A DNA stretch of 62,397 bases, filler included, from Diploschistes diacapsis (taxonomy: Eukaryota), in the NCBI GenBank assembly GCA_023645945.1. It is 6 parts of 6 records of this genome, joined end to end, with 100 filler letters (N's around TTAATTAATTAA, not from the genome) between each part and the next. Parts side by side here need not be neighbours in the genome. Positions count along the whole stretch, not along the records: positions 26,541 to 55,788 come from JALAIB010000138.1; 5 more parts are not named here. One strand, given 5' to 3'. Below are positions 37,101 to 48,506 of this stretch, one piece after another. The notes beneath the pieces are model-generated. The model was not told the origin of the DNA and made no database searches. It saw only the letters and a list, made by a program, of their open reading frames with translations. Position numbers and translations under genes: made by a program. Each line of letters opens with the position of its first letter. Position 1 is the first letter of the stretch.

Positions 37101-37205
37101 TCCTTCTGCTCTGCCTCTGTGTAGCTTTCCGGCTCTTTCATCTGCAGGAAAGGTCGGGTCAGTAGCTGCGTGCACTGGCTGAGGACGGCATTCGATGGAA
37201 GGCAT
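34155..37205 (-). CDS. Dual-specificity MAPK phosphatase (Pmp1/Msg5-like), intronless; start could be 36992
   Basis: YPEGPICIYPPSVYLY..FDVIINVAKEV..YIHLPWEH..VLIHCQLGVSRSASLIVAY. The 1080-aa ORF-track version starts at a non-ATG codon. Confidence 0.88.
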   Translation of the reverse strand: MPSIECRPQPVHAATDPTFPADERAGKLHRGRAEGNGQQDCWAVCLNEPTLASLRKRAVISTRRSTPSATAMPVAAGSQSLLSSLPTFMSVFGSEGASQKNGGIGSNNSSSSSRPSSRAQPLTRATTHQGALSVSHIRRGSSATARTESTEPSPTTTISTMDSTLTEPSPSSSPESPNLLLPSLRNRKDSIQAPRNPSMEAARFGSMTPASTQQGEQSGSPSKKPRNSKNLSINTTGISTRQAPNTAFARSSLSRHGECSASSLPAGGNSRILPTAIPSHVTSAGLPQVGKHPAERPFSEPSSPSFFGPSMQPPRRSRLGLTITTSDPKGPHASVPDTPLRAVAPLPLRSKGSDLSGKLQSVPETPAFGSLSDMREGDGQPLFSPSMAPSGGMQLPPFGNSHEPTLPTPSFGPEGGMQLPSLGGSTESSPYLRTARPPLDIPRSAFQSPISSSVIHHTVEHNPSTPLHELPLSREAKTPGYPEGPICIYPPSVYLYHQPTKKEAREFDVIINVAKEVINPFLEQDGPEVVNVVPEPRYKDAGVQCTILPGPEKEPDVPPSAASSLSFSSALEAMASEDEGPETPKAAPPEQADPEYIHLPWEHNSKVYEDWLRICELIDNRVMRGKRVLIHCQLGVSRSASLIVAYGLYKNPRLSPDEARELAKKQSKFIDLNMHFMYELGDFKKLLAEKFPASQPQKRPGGSKVLSRTMTDSVLMSHHQSAGTMPPITDEGEEELHPGHSDPQRTQYATAPSMDSTNAGPSSAPVGTAWSPTEAPGDYPNHEETASLDSTASQSSKEDPIDLDASDVSSLPESVEKAPFTLKLPFSKPVRVQNQSEDMSSLPQPSANLSATDGSRVETQARDTDTLPPPSLHLSKLGNVHIQNPAKGRDSLPPPNLSLPGETPRRSLRPVPSLPAGFNSMLSKRSLQPLFSLSNGLSLNIPSLDSNALHNNAEPDILSPRAAEFTANPLHQSLAGDLAEPSLGGPRSLRDFERDPRSPPTRGESTIITSIDDVLG

Positions 37206-37999
37206 GTTCGAAGTCTTCGAGGTTGACTGAGCCTCGGACTCGAAATGGATTGCAACATAGCATGGGCATCGGAGCCAGTATACATTTATTGGACCGAGAT
37301 TCAAGATATGCCGTTGCTGAAGAGCAGCAGACCAATGGCTGCATCGAGCACATCTGGAATAGGACTCACATGAAGAAACGTGCCTCGAAGCGCTCAACTT
37401 CTTTGATAGTCACCCCCCAATTGATTACTGGCGCCACCGCTATCCAAGAAGGAATTGCGCGCTTAGCTCTATCACACTTTCAAAATAAATATTTGACGGA
37501 GACGATGGAGCCAATTATCGAAATGGTGGAAATCCTAGTAGACCTCCAGAAACAGTTCCCCTCACAACAAAGGAAATCCAAAAAGAAACCGAGGAATGAG
37601 GAAGACCAGTTGAACGAAGATCAAGTGGCAAAGGGTCGAAGTCCTTTTGAAAGTACAACGTAGAGATAGCCGTTTAGGTTTAAGTTTTCGGTGGGATGTG
37701 ATGGTTGATGAATCGACGATGGTGGTGGTGGGCGAATGGTCGAGCTGGTCGGTTGTGGGAATTGGGGTTGGAACACCAATCAGTAAGAACAAGTCACAAG
37801 GGGCCTGTTGGCTTGCGGGTTGGGGAGAACTTGACTGGAAGAGGAATGAATGCAGGACGGGGTAACGAGACACCATAGGCAGCAGATTGATGGGCATGAC
37901 GACCGCGCGGAGACACAGACAGTATGGGGGTGTCAATAAGGATGGCCAATAGGGAGTAAGTGAATCTAGCAATTTCCCCGTGATCCCCGTGATCCTATA

Positions 38000-38036
38000 A
38001 TCCATGATCCATGATTCATGATCCATGATCCATGAT
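38000..38036. repeat. (ATCCATG)5 heptamer tandem repeat
   Basis: Five 7-nt units, one variant ATTCATG. Confidence 0.85.
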
Positions 38037-39018
38037 ATCACCAAAATTCTGATCCGTCGGCGCTTGATGATGGAGCTGGCAACTTGGGACAGGTTGCAGC
38101 CTGTAGGCTGCAGCCACCCAGGAAGGAGCATTGGATTGGTCGAGTATCCCCCACTATCCCCCAATAATAGCCCCCCAGCTGTTCTATACTTAGCCGCGGA
38201 GCAAAGGGGCAACGCAACCAATAACGAAGGACCCTCTGTTTCTAAATATAGAAGGAATGATTTCGCTTTAGAGATTATTCGTCCCTTCTCTCTCAAGCGT
38301 CCTTCATCATGTCCGTGATCCTCAGACCTTTCTTCCCTGGTGCGAGCCATAGCAGCACGAGGGGGCAGCCAAGTCCTGGACTCCTGGCCCTCATAGGCTG
38401 ATGGGAATTGACCATCTCTGCGATCATCGGTGCCACCTGACTTCAAACCAAGATCTAGATTATTCTAGGGGATGTCAGAGGAGCGCACCATGATATAGTA
38501 CGAAACAAGGGTGTGGCGATAGTAAAGACCAACGATTGGCTGTCTGTATAGAGCAAGTACAAAGCTTTGACCAACCCCCCACCATGATAACGCTAAGCCG
38601 CAATTAGATAGATGAAACAACGGCCCCTTCAGTTATTTCTCATGCTTGTCAGGCTCAGGCTCGCTTCTGTCAATAATACCGCTTGGCTCAACACTCAACA
38701 AGGTTACAGGTGGTGCTCAATGCCTCACCAACCTCACCAGAGCCAAGTTTCTATCTACTACTACCCCTATTATACATGCAACCTACGTTAGTTTGTAGCA
38801 TCCATGAAAACCGAAATTGACCTTACACCGCTTCAGATCCCATGTCTCATTCTTTATTCCCAACTTGGTTTTGTTGGCAATAATCAGGCGCTGGAGGCTT
38901 TGGCTTCGCGCATTGTTGCCAATTTGCAATGATAATTATAGATCCGAGATCTTCGGCCGTTATTCGGGTCTTGACCGATGTCGCTTACAAAAACGCTACA
39001 GCAGGAGGAAATGGGATA

Positions 39019-41547
39019 TCATCGCTTGTCAGTTCCTTTCAGTGTCCCTAACGTGAAGCCATCAGAGTCTTCTGTGGTGACCGCCGCTTTCTCCTTCGAT
39101 GTTCTGGCCTGAGAGCTTTGGTCCTTGTCGTCTCCAAATAGAAAACCGGCTTTACCCCTTGCCGCATTCTTCCTATCACGTTCGGGGGAAAACGGCGCGG
39201 CGGAGACGAAGTTGGTCTTATTGTCTTCGGTGCCTAGCATCCACGAGAAGGATGATTGCGCAAGCGACGGCCTTGAGCTCTGGAACGGTGACTGCTGCTG
39301 CGGTGACTCGGTTCTGGTGATCCGTGGGACTGCAGAAATGTGGGCTGGTCTCCTTATAGGGGCTCTCGTAGGACTATGAGCCTCCGAATCTTGACCATCT
39401 TGCCGTTTTGTTGTCACCGGTCTAGACAATACAGGCCTTTGTGATGCTACCGGAGCAGTTTGGTCATTAGACGATGATCTTGTGGCTCTATGCTTGAGGA
39501 GCCTATCATTATGGCTAACCCTACGGCCCTCTTGCCCTGTACTATGCGTGATTAATGGCATCGCAGAGTTCTCGAGGTGTATCTGGAGGAACTGCAACTT
39601 GGCAATGCTGAGCGTCAACCTGTTAGCTCCAGCCTCTTGCTTCTCTTTCTCGAATTCCTTTGCTTGCATTGATATATCTTCTATTGATTCTTGTAGCATT
39701 TTTGCAAGGATCTTGTTGCGGTCTTCCAACGCTTGAAGCTTGCCGCTTAGCTCACCGAGGTCGCTCGCTGGCCGATCCTCATCAAACGGATGACGAGCAC
39801 TAGACGAGCGTCGAGGAGTGTTCGATCCAGATTGTAGCCCATGTACCGCATTACGAAAAGCCTGACTCAGGCCCCATTGCTCGCTGCGTCTGTACATGCC
39901 CTTAGCTGCCTCTTGTAGGAGGCCCTCAATGCCTCCAGATTCTTGAAGCATCTGGCCAGGAGACCTCATCGGCGACTTTGTCCTACTAAACTCTCCAGAG
40001 TTTCGGGGGGTATGGAAGGACGTTTTGGACCAAGATCGACCGTGATTTCTAGAATTACGCCGAGTCGGAGCCTTCCCGGAATACTTCGAAATCAGCCAAG
40101 CGCCTCCTTGTTCTGTCAAATTTCGACGCAGGTAGAGCGCATCCTCCACAAAAGTGACAGGCCCGTGAGGCGCCGGGGGAACTGGATACCGGAGTAACAG
40201 TGCGAGCGCCGAGCTATAGTCAGCTTTCAAAACTACACGCTTATTAGCTCCGTCATAAGTCACATCGAAACATAGGCTTACGTTGCCATCTGAGGCGTAC
40301 GAGCATAGCAACGCAAACGTAGTCTACAAGACCCAGCCCCGGGTCCTCAGCGAAGAGCATGTCCCAGAGGCATAGTACGGTTTCGAAGGGAAATTCTCTT
40401 CCAAACAAAAGTCGAATCCAGCGTCTATCGACGTGTTTTTAGCAATGTTCTTAATGATTATTGTAGAGGTGCCGTGAAAAGGGGGGAACGGGGGAAGGGT
40501 GAAAGATCCGGAAGGATGAAATAGGGGAACTCCATAAGTTGAGTAGCAGTCCCCATAGCACGTACATCAGGAAAATCTGTGGTAAGATATCAATGGCAGT
40601 CAGATGAGCAGCCAGCTCAGGATCGGCCCTTTGAAGATAGTCTTCGTGAATTCTGCGACTCCTATCCACTATTGCGGAAGTACCTATATTTGCTGGCCCA
40701 GGTGGAGCGATGCTAGTAGTCGTCTCGTAGAAAGACTTAGCGGTTTGCATAAGAATCCCAAATATAGTGAACGCATCATGTTCGATGTGCCTCTGATTCA
40801 GTATTGAAAGCAGCAGTTGATCGTCCGTCGCAGCATCGGTGCCTGTCTCTTTTGCTTCTAACTCGATCGCGTCCCGGGAGATAACCCATAAGACAGGAGC
40901 GAGAAGCTCGTGCATGCCCTGGCGATACCCAATATCTACATTGAGCTTGCAGTAGATGAAGAGAATGTCAAGCAACATAGTCTGAGTCTCAGGTTCCCTA
41001 AAGTATAGGTTCTCCGGCATGCATCGCTCCACATCTTGGAATATCTCCGCCCTGAGTATTTCATCATTTCGTAAGGTATTCCAGGGACTCTTTCAAGGTC
41101 TCAGCAACAGGTCAGAGGCAGCACAGACCTATGGGTTATTCCACTTACAGCCTCATCGTCAGCTAAAGGATCCGCCGCCGCAAGATCATCCGAATTCTTG
41201 AGACCGCGGAGAAGGTGATCTTTCAGGGAACCGTAAGCGCTTCGTGAGTCACGAATGGTTTTGGGCCATGTGCTTTGATCGAGGTTTTCGAAGACCAGGA
41301 AAGCCTGCAATCGATCAATTGGCTCGTTCTAGTTTACAGGAATGTCTAACCAACCTTCCAACATACCGATCTCAGGCCGTCAGTACAAGGACTATCTGTG
41401 ATACCACGCTTTACAGAGGCACGTAAGTCTGAAAGATTAGAGGCATTGGCAAAAGTTACATCCCAGCGGGTCCTTGTTTAGTTTAGCACTTCGAGGTAAG
41501 GTAAAATTCATAGAGCTTGCATACCGTGATTCTGTAAGAGACCTCAT
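39019..41547 (-). CDS. TBC-domain Rab GTPase-activating protein (TBC1D5/Gyp6-like), multi-exon
   Basis: GLRSVCWK, DPL, IFQDVERC (R finger), YRQGMHELLAP (Q finger), EHDAF, RWIRLLFGREF, LLLRYP. Confidence 0.9.
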
Positions 41548-41848
41548 GGTGCCAGCTTTGACAGTGCAATTAGTATTACACGAAATGTTAGAACAAAATT
41601 TGATGACAAATGACCTGTGGCAGATAATCTTGCTCCTCCAGAATTGTGCTTCAGGCAGCTACGCACATGAGCTGTTAGATGCGCAGTGTCCGCCTAGGAA
41701 TACCAGAGAATTGAGATTTTGCTCTTGCTCTTGCCCCGACCATGATGATCGCACTCGCCAGAACATTTGAGACCCGCACAAGCCTTTACGTGAAATGCCT
41801 TGCGTCAACTTTGACTTCACTTTGAGACTTTTCTCTCCTGATTGAACC

Positions 41849-43417
41849 ATGTCTGCCGATCTCTGGGCTGCTTTTGCAGATGCACCAGATGATTTATCTA
41901 GCAACCCCTGGAGTCAGCCTTCTCCCACCCAAGCGAGCCATAGGAGGGATGGCTTCGACCACGTAGACCAAAGTTCTTCTATCGACCAGCAGTCGAGTGA
42001 AACTGAAGGGAAAGTCCATTCTACGGAACAGCTGCAGTCACCGTGGGCAAGCTCTCATATAATAAGCCCTATCTCCCAACCTGCTTTTGCAATTGCGGAG
42101 CATAAGACAAACCAATGGGCCACATATAAGCCCACATACGAAGCCGATTGGTCTGGTTCGGAAAGTCCTTCTGTTTTCGGAGACATATGGACAAAAGCTC
42201 CATCAAGCCCAGAGCCAAAGCTACGGACAAGCCACCAGACGGTGGAACTATCGTCCATGGAGGACTGGGGTGACTTTGAAACGCCAGCAGACAGAATCTC
42301 AAAGGATGTATCAGATCTGAGTCTACAAGCCAAGCAACCGCAGCAGGGTTCGAGCATGCAGAGCGCGCCTACGTCCTCCGTGAGTCTACGAGCTGGAGCT
42401 TCAGAAGCCATCCAGCGGAGAAATCGAGGTTCGGTAGGTAGAGACCCTTATACTGATTTCGAAACTATCCAAAACCCACTCCAACAAGACAAGGCTTCCC
42501 TGAAAGACTGCCAGGTAATTCATCCGTCCGATTCCCTGTGCGAGCGTGGAACTGCCCTGGTGTATGAGGATGCCCCATACAAAGAAGATGAGTGGGGAGA
42601 ATGGGGAGAGTTATCGCCGGATCCTGTGTCAAGCTCCCATTTCTCCGAGAAGGAGACTCCAGTAGCCAACAATGCTGTTATGAACCCAGAAAAGCACGTG
42701 CAACACGGACATGATACGCTCAAGTCATCGTCAGCGGCGAACCCGAAGAGTCAAGCTCCTGGGGAAGAAACAGGGACTGCCATTCCTCCTACCAATGTCC
42801 CACCTCCATCAATCCTCATGCCTCTTGTGTCTGGGCTCGTCGAGAAACTCCCCTTACAGGTAGACAATGCTATGCAAAACCTTCCTCAACCAGGCGAATC
42901 CGCTAAAGCCCTCGAAACGGCGCTACGCAAATGTCTGGCTTCACTTAGGGTAGCCGCTCGGATCACCGCAGGTCGTAAACTGCGGTGGAAGCGAGACACA
43001 CACTTGGCTCAAAGCATGAGAATTGGCCAAGCCGGCAAGGGAATGAAACTGAGCGGAGTTGATCGCAATGAAATTAAAAGAGAGGATAGAGAAGCTGCCG
43101 AGTTCGTCCACGTCTGGCATAAACAACTTGGCAGCATTCGGCGGGCTCTAGCCCTAGTCAACAACCAAATATCTGGAAGCCTTTTGACGCTGCCTGAGAT
43201 ATCTGTGGCCATGCCGATTCGGACAATTAGAGTTGCGGACGGGGGAATTCCGGCGCCAAAGTGCTGCGTACTATGTGGGCTTAAGAGGGAAGAGAGGGTA
43301 GATAAGGTAGATGTGGATGTGTATGATGCCTTTAACGAGTGGTGGACGGAGCACTGGGGTCATACTGACTGTAAGATATTCTGGTTAGAGCACGAACGGT
43401 ATTTACAGCACCGATAG
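41849..43417 (+). CDS. Conserved fungal hypothetical protein with C-terminal Cys/His cluster
   Basis: 522-aa ATG ORF. Disordered N-terminus with DWGDFE/EWGEWGE motifs; ordered C-terminus PPTNVPPP..AGRKLRWKRD..CVLCGLKREER..WW.EHWGH..C..FW. Confidence 0.8.
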   Translation: MSADLWAAFADAPDDLSSNPWSQPSPTQASHRRDGFDHVDQSSSIDQQSSETEGKVHSTEQLQSPWASSHIISPISQPAFAIAEHKTNQWATYKPTYEADWSGSESPSVFGDIWTKAPSSPEPKLRTSHQTVELSSMEDWGDFETPADRISKDVSDLSLQAKQPQQGSSMQSAPTSSVSLRAGASEAIQRRNRGSVGRDPYTDFETIQNPLQQDKASLKDCQVIHPSDSLCERGTALVYEDAPYKEDEWGEWGELSPDPVSSSHFSEKETPVANNAVMNPEKHVQHGHDTLKSSSAANPKSQAPGEETGTAIPPTNVPPPSILMPLVSGLVEKLPLQVDNAMQNLPQPGESAKALETALRKCLASLRVAARITAGRKLRWKRDTHLAQSMRIGQAGKGMKLSGVDRNEIKREDREAAEFVHVWHKQLGSIRRALALVNNQISGSLLTLPEISVAMPIRTIRVADGGIPAPKCCVLCGLKREERVDKVDVDVYDAFNEWWTEHWGHTDCKIFWLEHERYLQHR

Positions 43418-43955
43418 CCTGTAACAGATTGACTTCGTCATGGGAGACGATGGCCATATTTGATTTTATGTTTTAGTCGAGTCTCGGTGAGCGTTCAAAT
43501 TAGATATTGAAATGGATAGAGACATCATTTGGGGTATGGTAAGTTGGCTGGCATATCGCCGTATCTAGCCGGCGCGAATTAGATGCTTCCTAGGTTTGGT
43601 CAATGATTCTATCGCTATGACTGCCGACTTGGCTCCCATGCTCTGTTGCTTGCGATCCACTTGATTCGTTGACCATATCGGACTCTTCTTATGTACTTAT
43701 AGCTCGAGTCCAAACTGAATGGTGAAGAGATACAGAGTCAGTAGGGAGCGTGGTTGCCCCATGTCGAACCGAGAATAGAGCTCGGGAATTGCACGACATA
43801 GAAGCCTGTCGCTGTACACAATCATAACATCGAGAAGAAATAGGTGGCTTTCAGAATTGCTCTTATTTGCTTATGCAAGTATCTTCAGCCTCGTCGCCTT
43901 GACTTCAACACCACTCCATTTCCTCGAATTGAATTAGACACCCGGAAAGCCCCCT

Positions 43956-44579
43956 CTACCGACTCTTCTCCTTGGACTCCTTCAGCACTTTCTTGACGAT
44001 CTTTTGCTCCTCAATCAGAAACGCCCTCACCCTGTGAATTTCGTTAGAGAAAGCCGGATGGTTTGATCTTGTTATACGGCGTAACTTACACCCTGTCCTT
44101 CACACATGAACCACACCTCGAACCACCATAAGCGCGCCGTACACTCTTCCTAGGTCGGGAGATGGTGGCATATTGTCGAGGTCTGAGAGCCGAAATACCG
44201 GGCAATTTCCGACCACAGTCCCCGCACTTTGGGGCTGTAGGCTTTTTGCCAATATGTAGATATCGTAGTTCTCCGCCAGGGGTCTTGATGATACGGGTCT
44301 TGTTGGACTTGGTGTTGTAACTAGAAATTTCTCCGTCAGAATCGAAGCCATAGCCACCAGAGAATGACAATGTTCTGCGCAATTTATTTGTGGGAATGCA
44401 CCAAGAGCAATTCGCGTGACCTTTTGGCTTCCCCCTGGCGTAGGGATCGCGAAGGCTTTATAGAGCGAGAAAGGTGTCTTACGGTTTCCTCCGACGCTGC
44501 GTAGAATGGTCAGGTTACCCTCGAGAAAGGAAGTATGGAAGGAAGTAGCACTCACGAATGTCAGTCTGTTGGACCCCAT
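43956..44579 (-). CDS. RPL34: 60S ribosomal protein eL34, 4 exons
   Basis: MGSNRLTF|RRRKP|YNTKSNKTRIIKTPGG..PKCGDCG..RAYGGSRC..CVKDR|VVRAFLIEEQKIVKKVLK. Confidence 0.95.
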
Positions 44580-45131
44580 CTCGACTTAGAATCTGCTTGT
44601 TGCGACGATAAAGCAGTGCGACTTGTCTTCGAAATTGCTGTGATAGGAACGTCGTCGGCTAAAGCGTTGTGTGCGAAGAGCCCTGTAAGGCTGAGAATGT
44701 TCGGGTTGCTACTTCGTAGATACCCACTATCTAATCTCTGTGAACCCCTCCTATCTTACTGCTTCACACTACATAGGTGACTTACATGAAAACGAACCTG
44801 CTCGTTCGTCTGTACTCCATCTCCAATCCCGTTGTCCCTGAAGGAGCTGCCCACTTTACTCCATAGAGCTAGATGTATCCCTTTTAACGCAATTGAGAGA
44901 GTATTGCGTGCGGTTCAAGTCAATTCAGGCACTACCTGGTTGCACCAGCACAGGCACAAGTGTGATAATCGTCCTACATCCTGTCTGCACTACTTTGTCC
45001 CTCAGACTATCACCCTCCCAAAACCAGCTAAGCTCACAAATACTATCTCTGGTCCCTACTTATTACGATTTTGCCGACCCGCCCCTCTTGGGCTGAGCAA
45101 CGCCCTTCAGTCTTCCCTAAAGACTCTCACC

Positions 45132-45577
45132 ATGGGCCTCGTCTACAACACATACCTCAATTCCGACCGGATATTCGGCTGCAAGGCCTGCAAGACACAT
45201 CTCGCTGCATATGATGCTATCATAAGCAGGGTACGCTTCCGCTCCGCCATCTCTGCGCCCTTCCCTCATCCCCTTCTCCTTCCCTGCTATCTCCACAACT
45301 ACCTCTTCTCTCTAATCCTCCGACTAACATCTCCGGCCTCTAGCATTTTCGTGGCCAACACGGCAAAGCCTATCTCTTCCATAGCGTTGTCAACATTATC
45401 GAGGAAGACGCCGCGGAGCGCAACATGACGACGGGCCGACACATTGTGCGGGATATCAAATGCCGGCAGTGCAAGGACACGGTAGGGTGGAAGTATGATA
45501 AGGCATACGAAGCAAACGAGAAGTACAAGGAGGGGAAGTTTATTCTAGAGGCGGAGCTCTTGTGTTCAGTACAGTAA
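45132..45577 (+). CDS. MOH1: Yippee-like zinc-binding protein (Moh1), 2 exons
   Basis: MGLVYNTYL..GCKACKTHL..ISR|HFRGQHGKAYLF..MTTGRHIVRDIKCRQC..VGWKYDKAYE..EKYKEGKFILE. Intron 45231-45343. Confidence 0.92.
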
Positions 45578-46141
45578 GAGATATGGAGAGAGAAGAGTAA
45601 CTTTGGTAGACAGAGGCGGAGACACGGAGAAAATATGGGGATTGAAGAGAGGCTACTCGACAAGCTGTATGAGGAAGGTACATATTCTGAGGGGCACCAC
45701 AATGAGACTGAAGACCACCGCATTTGGATCCTGGGCGTTACTTTGTATGGATAGGGTGGACAAATTGCGGGCGTATTGAGTAGGATTCAACGGGCATGCG
45801 TAAAGCACTGGATTTGGTTGCATGGTTAGGATGGGGACGCTCTGTGTACTCCTTATTGGATATTTCTTCGTCGTATTATGCACAGAGGTGTATAAAATTG
45901 TGCAGCTCTAGCCAAACCATGAGGCTAATGTATTGGCACATGTAGGGTTTGTTACATGATGAAATAGGGATGAGCCACGGATGTGCGGGGAACAAAAGCC
46001 AATTGAGATGCCCAAGGACGTCATTAAGATAATAGAGTGCTGCGTCCGAAGCTTAAAGGAAAAATGGCTGGTTGAGATTTCCTTTGCCGACTTTACATGA
46101 ATTGAAAGCGTGGTAGTATCTGGTATAACAGGAAACTTGAT

Positions 46142-47721
46142 ATGGCATCACAAACAATGAACGCGGTAGTCTTCCATGGCCCGCAGAAAGTGGCATTGGA
46201 GCAAAGACCGAGGCCGAAGATCCAGGAACCTTCAGATGTCGTAGTGAAAGTCGCCTACACTGCGCTTTGTGGAAGGTATGCGAAATTGCCGAGACAGGAA
46301 ATTCGAGACACTTACTGACCAGGTTTGCTTAGCGAGCTACATGTCTTTAGGGTTAGCGCCTAGCTTGTTAGAAGGTAATCTGGAAGCTGACCAATGACCT
46401 GAAATAGGGTCATCAAGCAAGCCCAACCGGCTTTATTATGGGGTATGGGACAAAGACTCAGCTGCCGTTGCGTGCGCCCAGTTAACCCGAAGCCAGCCAC
46501 GAGTTCACTGGAATTGTTTACGAGGTTGGCTCAGGGGTAAAGGACTTCAAGAAGGGAGACCACGTAGTGTCACCCTTCACCTTATCATGGTATGTCGTGC
46601 AGGGTGTTATATAAGAGAGCCCCTGTCAATTTCTTTGAAGCTCAGAATGCTTTTATTGTAAGAATGGCCATTCTTCTCGGTGCGAGAAATCACGGCTCTT
46701 TGGGTCACCTCTGCTCGATGGGGCACAGGCCGATTATGTTAGGTCCGCCTTTCGAGGAAAACATTCCATGATTTGATGAGTGTAGTAGGTCCTCATACCT
46801 CTTGCGGATTCTACGCTCGTCAAAGCTCCGGACGGGATAGACGACAAAGCCCTGATACTGATGGCCGACATCTTTCCAACAGGTAATAGCCACGCTCTGT
46901 TAGTTAGAGTTGATTAATAATGTCAGGCTATTTCGCTGCCCACAATGCTTTCAAGGAGCTATCGAAAGAGCAAATTTCGACTGCAACAGTTGTCTTGATT
47001 GGCTGCGGTCCCGTTGGCCTATGCGCCCTTGTGAACGCCCAAGAGTACAAGCCGAAGCACCTTCTTGCAGTAGATTCAATTCCCTCAAGGCTTGACCTCG
47101 CCAAGTCCCTCGGAGCCGAGCCCTGGAATTTCCAGGAGAACCGCAAAGGGCTTGACGAGCGAATCAAAGAGTTAACAGACGGTCGAGGAGCCGATGGAGT
47201 GATTGAAGTCGTCGGTCTGAGCCCGGCAATCAAGATGGGATTCGAGCTTCTTCGACCCTGGGGGGTTATTTCTTCTGTTGGTTTGCATAACGCAGAGGTA
47301 TAAAGAAACATGAAGCAACTTTTCCTGGAGCTAACGGACAGTAGATACCTTGGTATACCTCTTGTTAGCATGAGCAAGTTGCTTCTAACAGCTAGCAGGA
47401 GCGGACGGCAGGCATATGACAAGAACCTACGGATTCAGTTTGGCCGTTGCCCTGTCAGATCGATCTTTGAGCAGTCACTAAAGGTTCTAGAGAAGAACAA
47501 GCACAGATTCGGGTATCTTCTCTTGAATTCCCACTTTAAGATAATGCTGACCTATGAGTTTCATGGCCGATAAGATCATGCCGCTCAGCGAAGCAGTGGA
47601 AGGGTATGAGCTATTCGACAAGATGAAAGTCCAAAAAGGTACACCAGCCCCAGCAGCATAACTGGCTTCATTGACTTACAATTCTGCAGTGATCTTCACG
47701 ACAGAACTGGCAAGTGAGTAA
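46142..47721 (+). CDS. Zn-dependent medium-chain alcohol dehydrogenase (MDR), about 11 exons
   Basis: ALCGSELH, MGHEF, C..CFYC..C, MADIFPTG, GCGPVG, GADGVIEVVG, QFGRCPVR. Confidence 0.9.
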
Positions 47722-48506
47722 GGGATGAATACGGTTCCATAACCTGGACTGTCCCTATAGACTTGGACTTATGTGTGTATGTAATGAGCAACTCAAATCT
47801 GTGTCGAAATTTGAAAAGCTTCCGGGACCGGTTAAATGATCATCCGCATCCGCAAGACAAACCAGGAGAGGTTTAGCGCCGAGCCAGTCCCGCCACCCAT
47901 TATAACTGGCAGTTTCTGGGAGAAGTATACCTATGGTTATACCACACTACACTGCACGGGCGGGTACTCCACCTCATGCACACCCATCTTTTTCCGCACA
48001 AAGCTTCTAACCGACTTCACCCTTTCTCCCCGCATAGAAAATTTTTGTGTGTCAGGACCTTCTAGCAAGAACAAGCAGAAAGTCTTGCATTAGCTAAGAT
48101 ATACCCTTGGACTGTTGTTTGGAAGCGAACATTGTTCACCATAATCGTCTTTCAGCATTCGGCATCTCTCCATTCACACCTCATAAGCATCCATCTTCTC
48201 CACCTTCCCAAGCTCATCCGCCCACTTCATCGGCTCAACCCCCTCCTACCGCTTGACAGTCACTGTCGGCCCATATCTTGTCAAAGCTGCCGTTTGCCCT
48301 TCTCCGTTGTTAGTGTCAGTCGAAGCTTGGTGTTGCATTAAAGCAAGCTTCCCCAGCTGCTTAACCCCAAAGCTAGGGTGACTCCAAAGCTCCATTAAAG
48401 CAAGCTTAGGAAGAGGGCCTTGGTCAAGCAGGATACTGCTCAGATTCTTCTCTCCCTATTCGAAGTCCGCTATCTGTCGACTTGCTGCAAAACAATCACC
48501 TTCACA

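Noticed and set aside
37562..38446. 294-aa minus-strand ORF upstream of the phosphatase
   Set aside because: Non-ATG start, no recognisable domain, and it runs through a simple repeat; probably promoter/UTR sequence.
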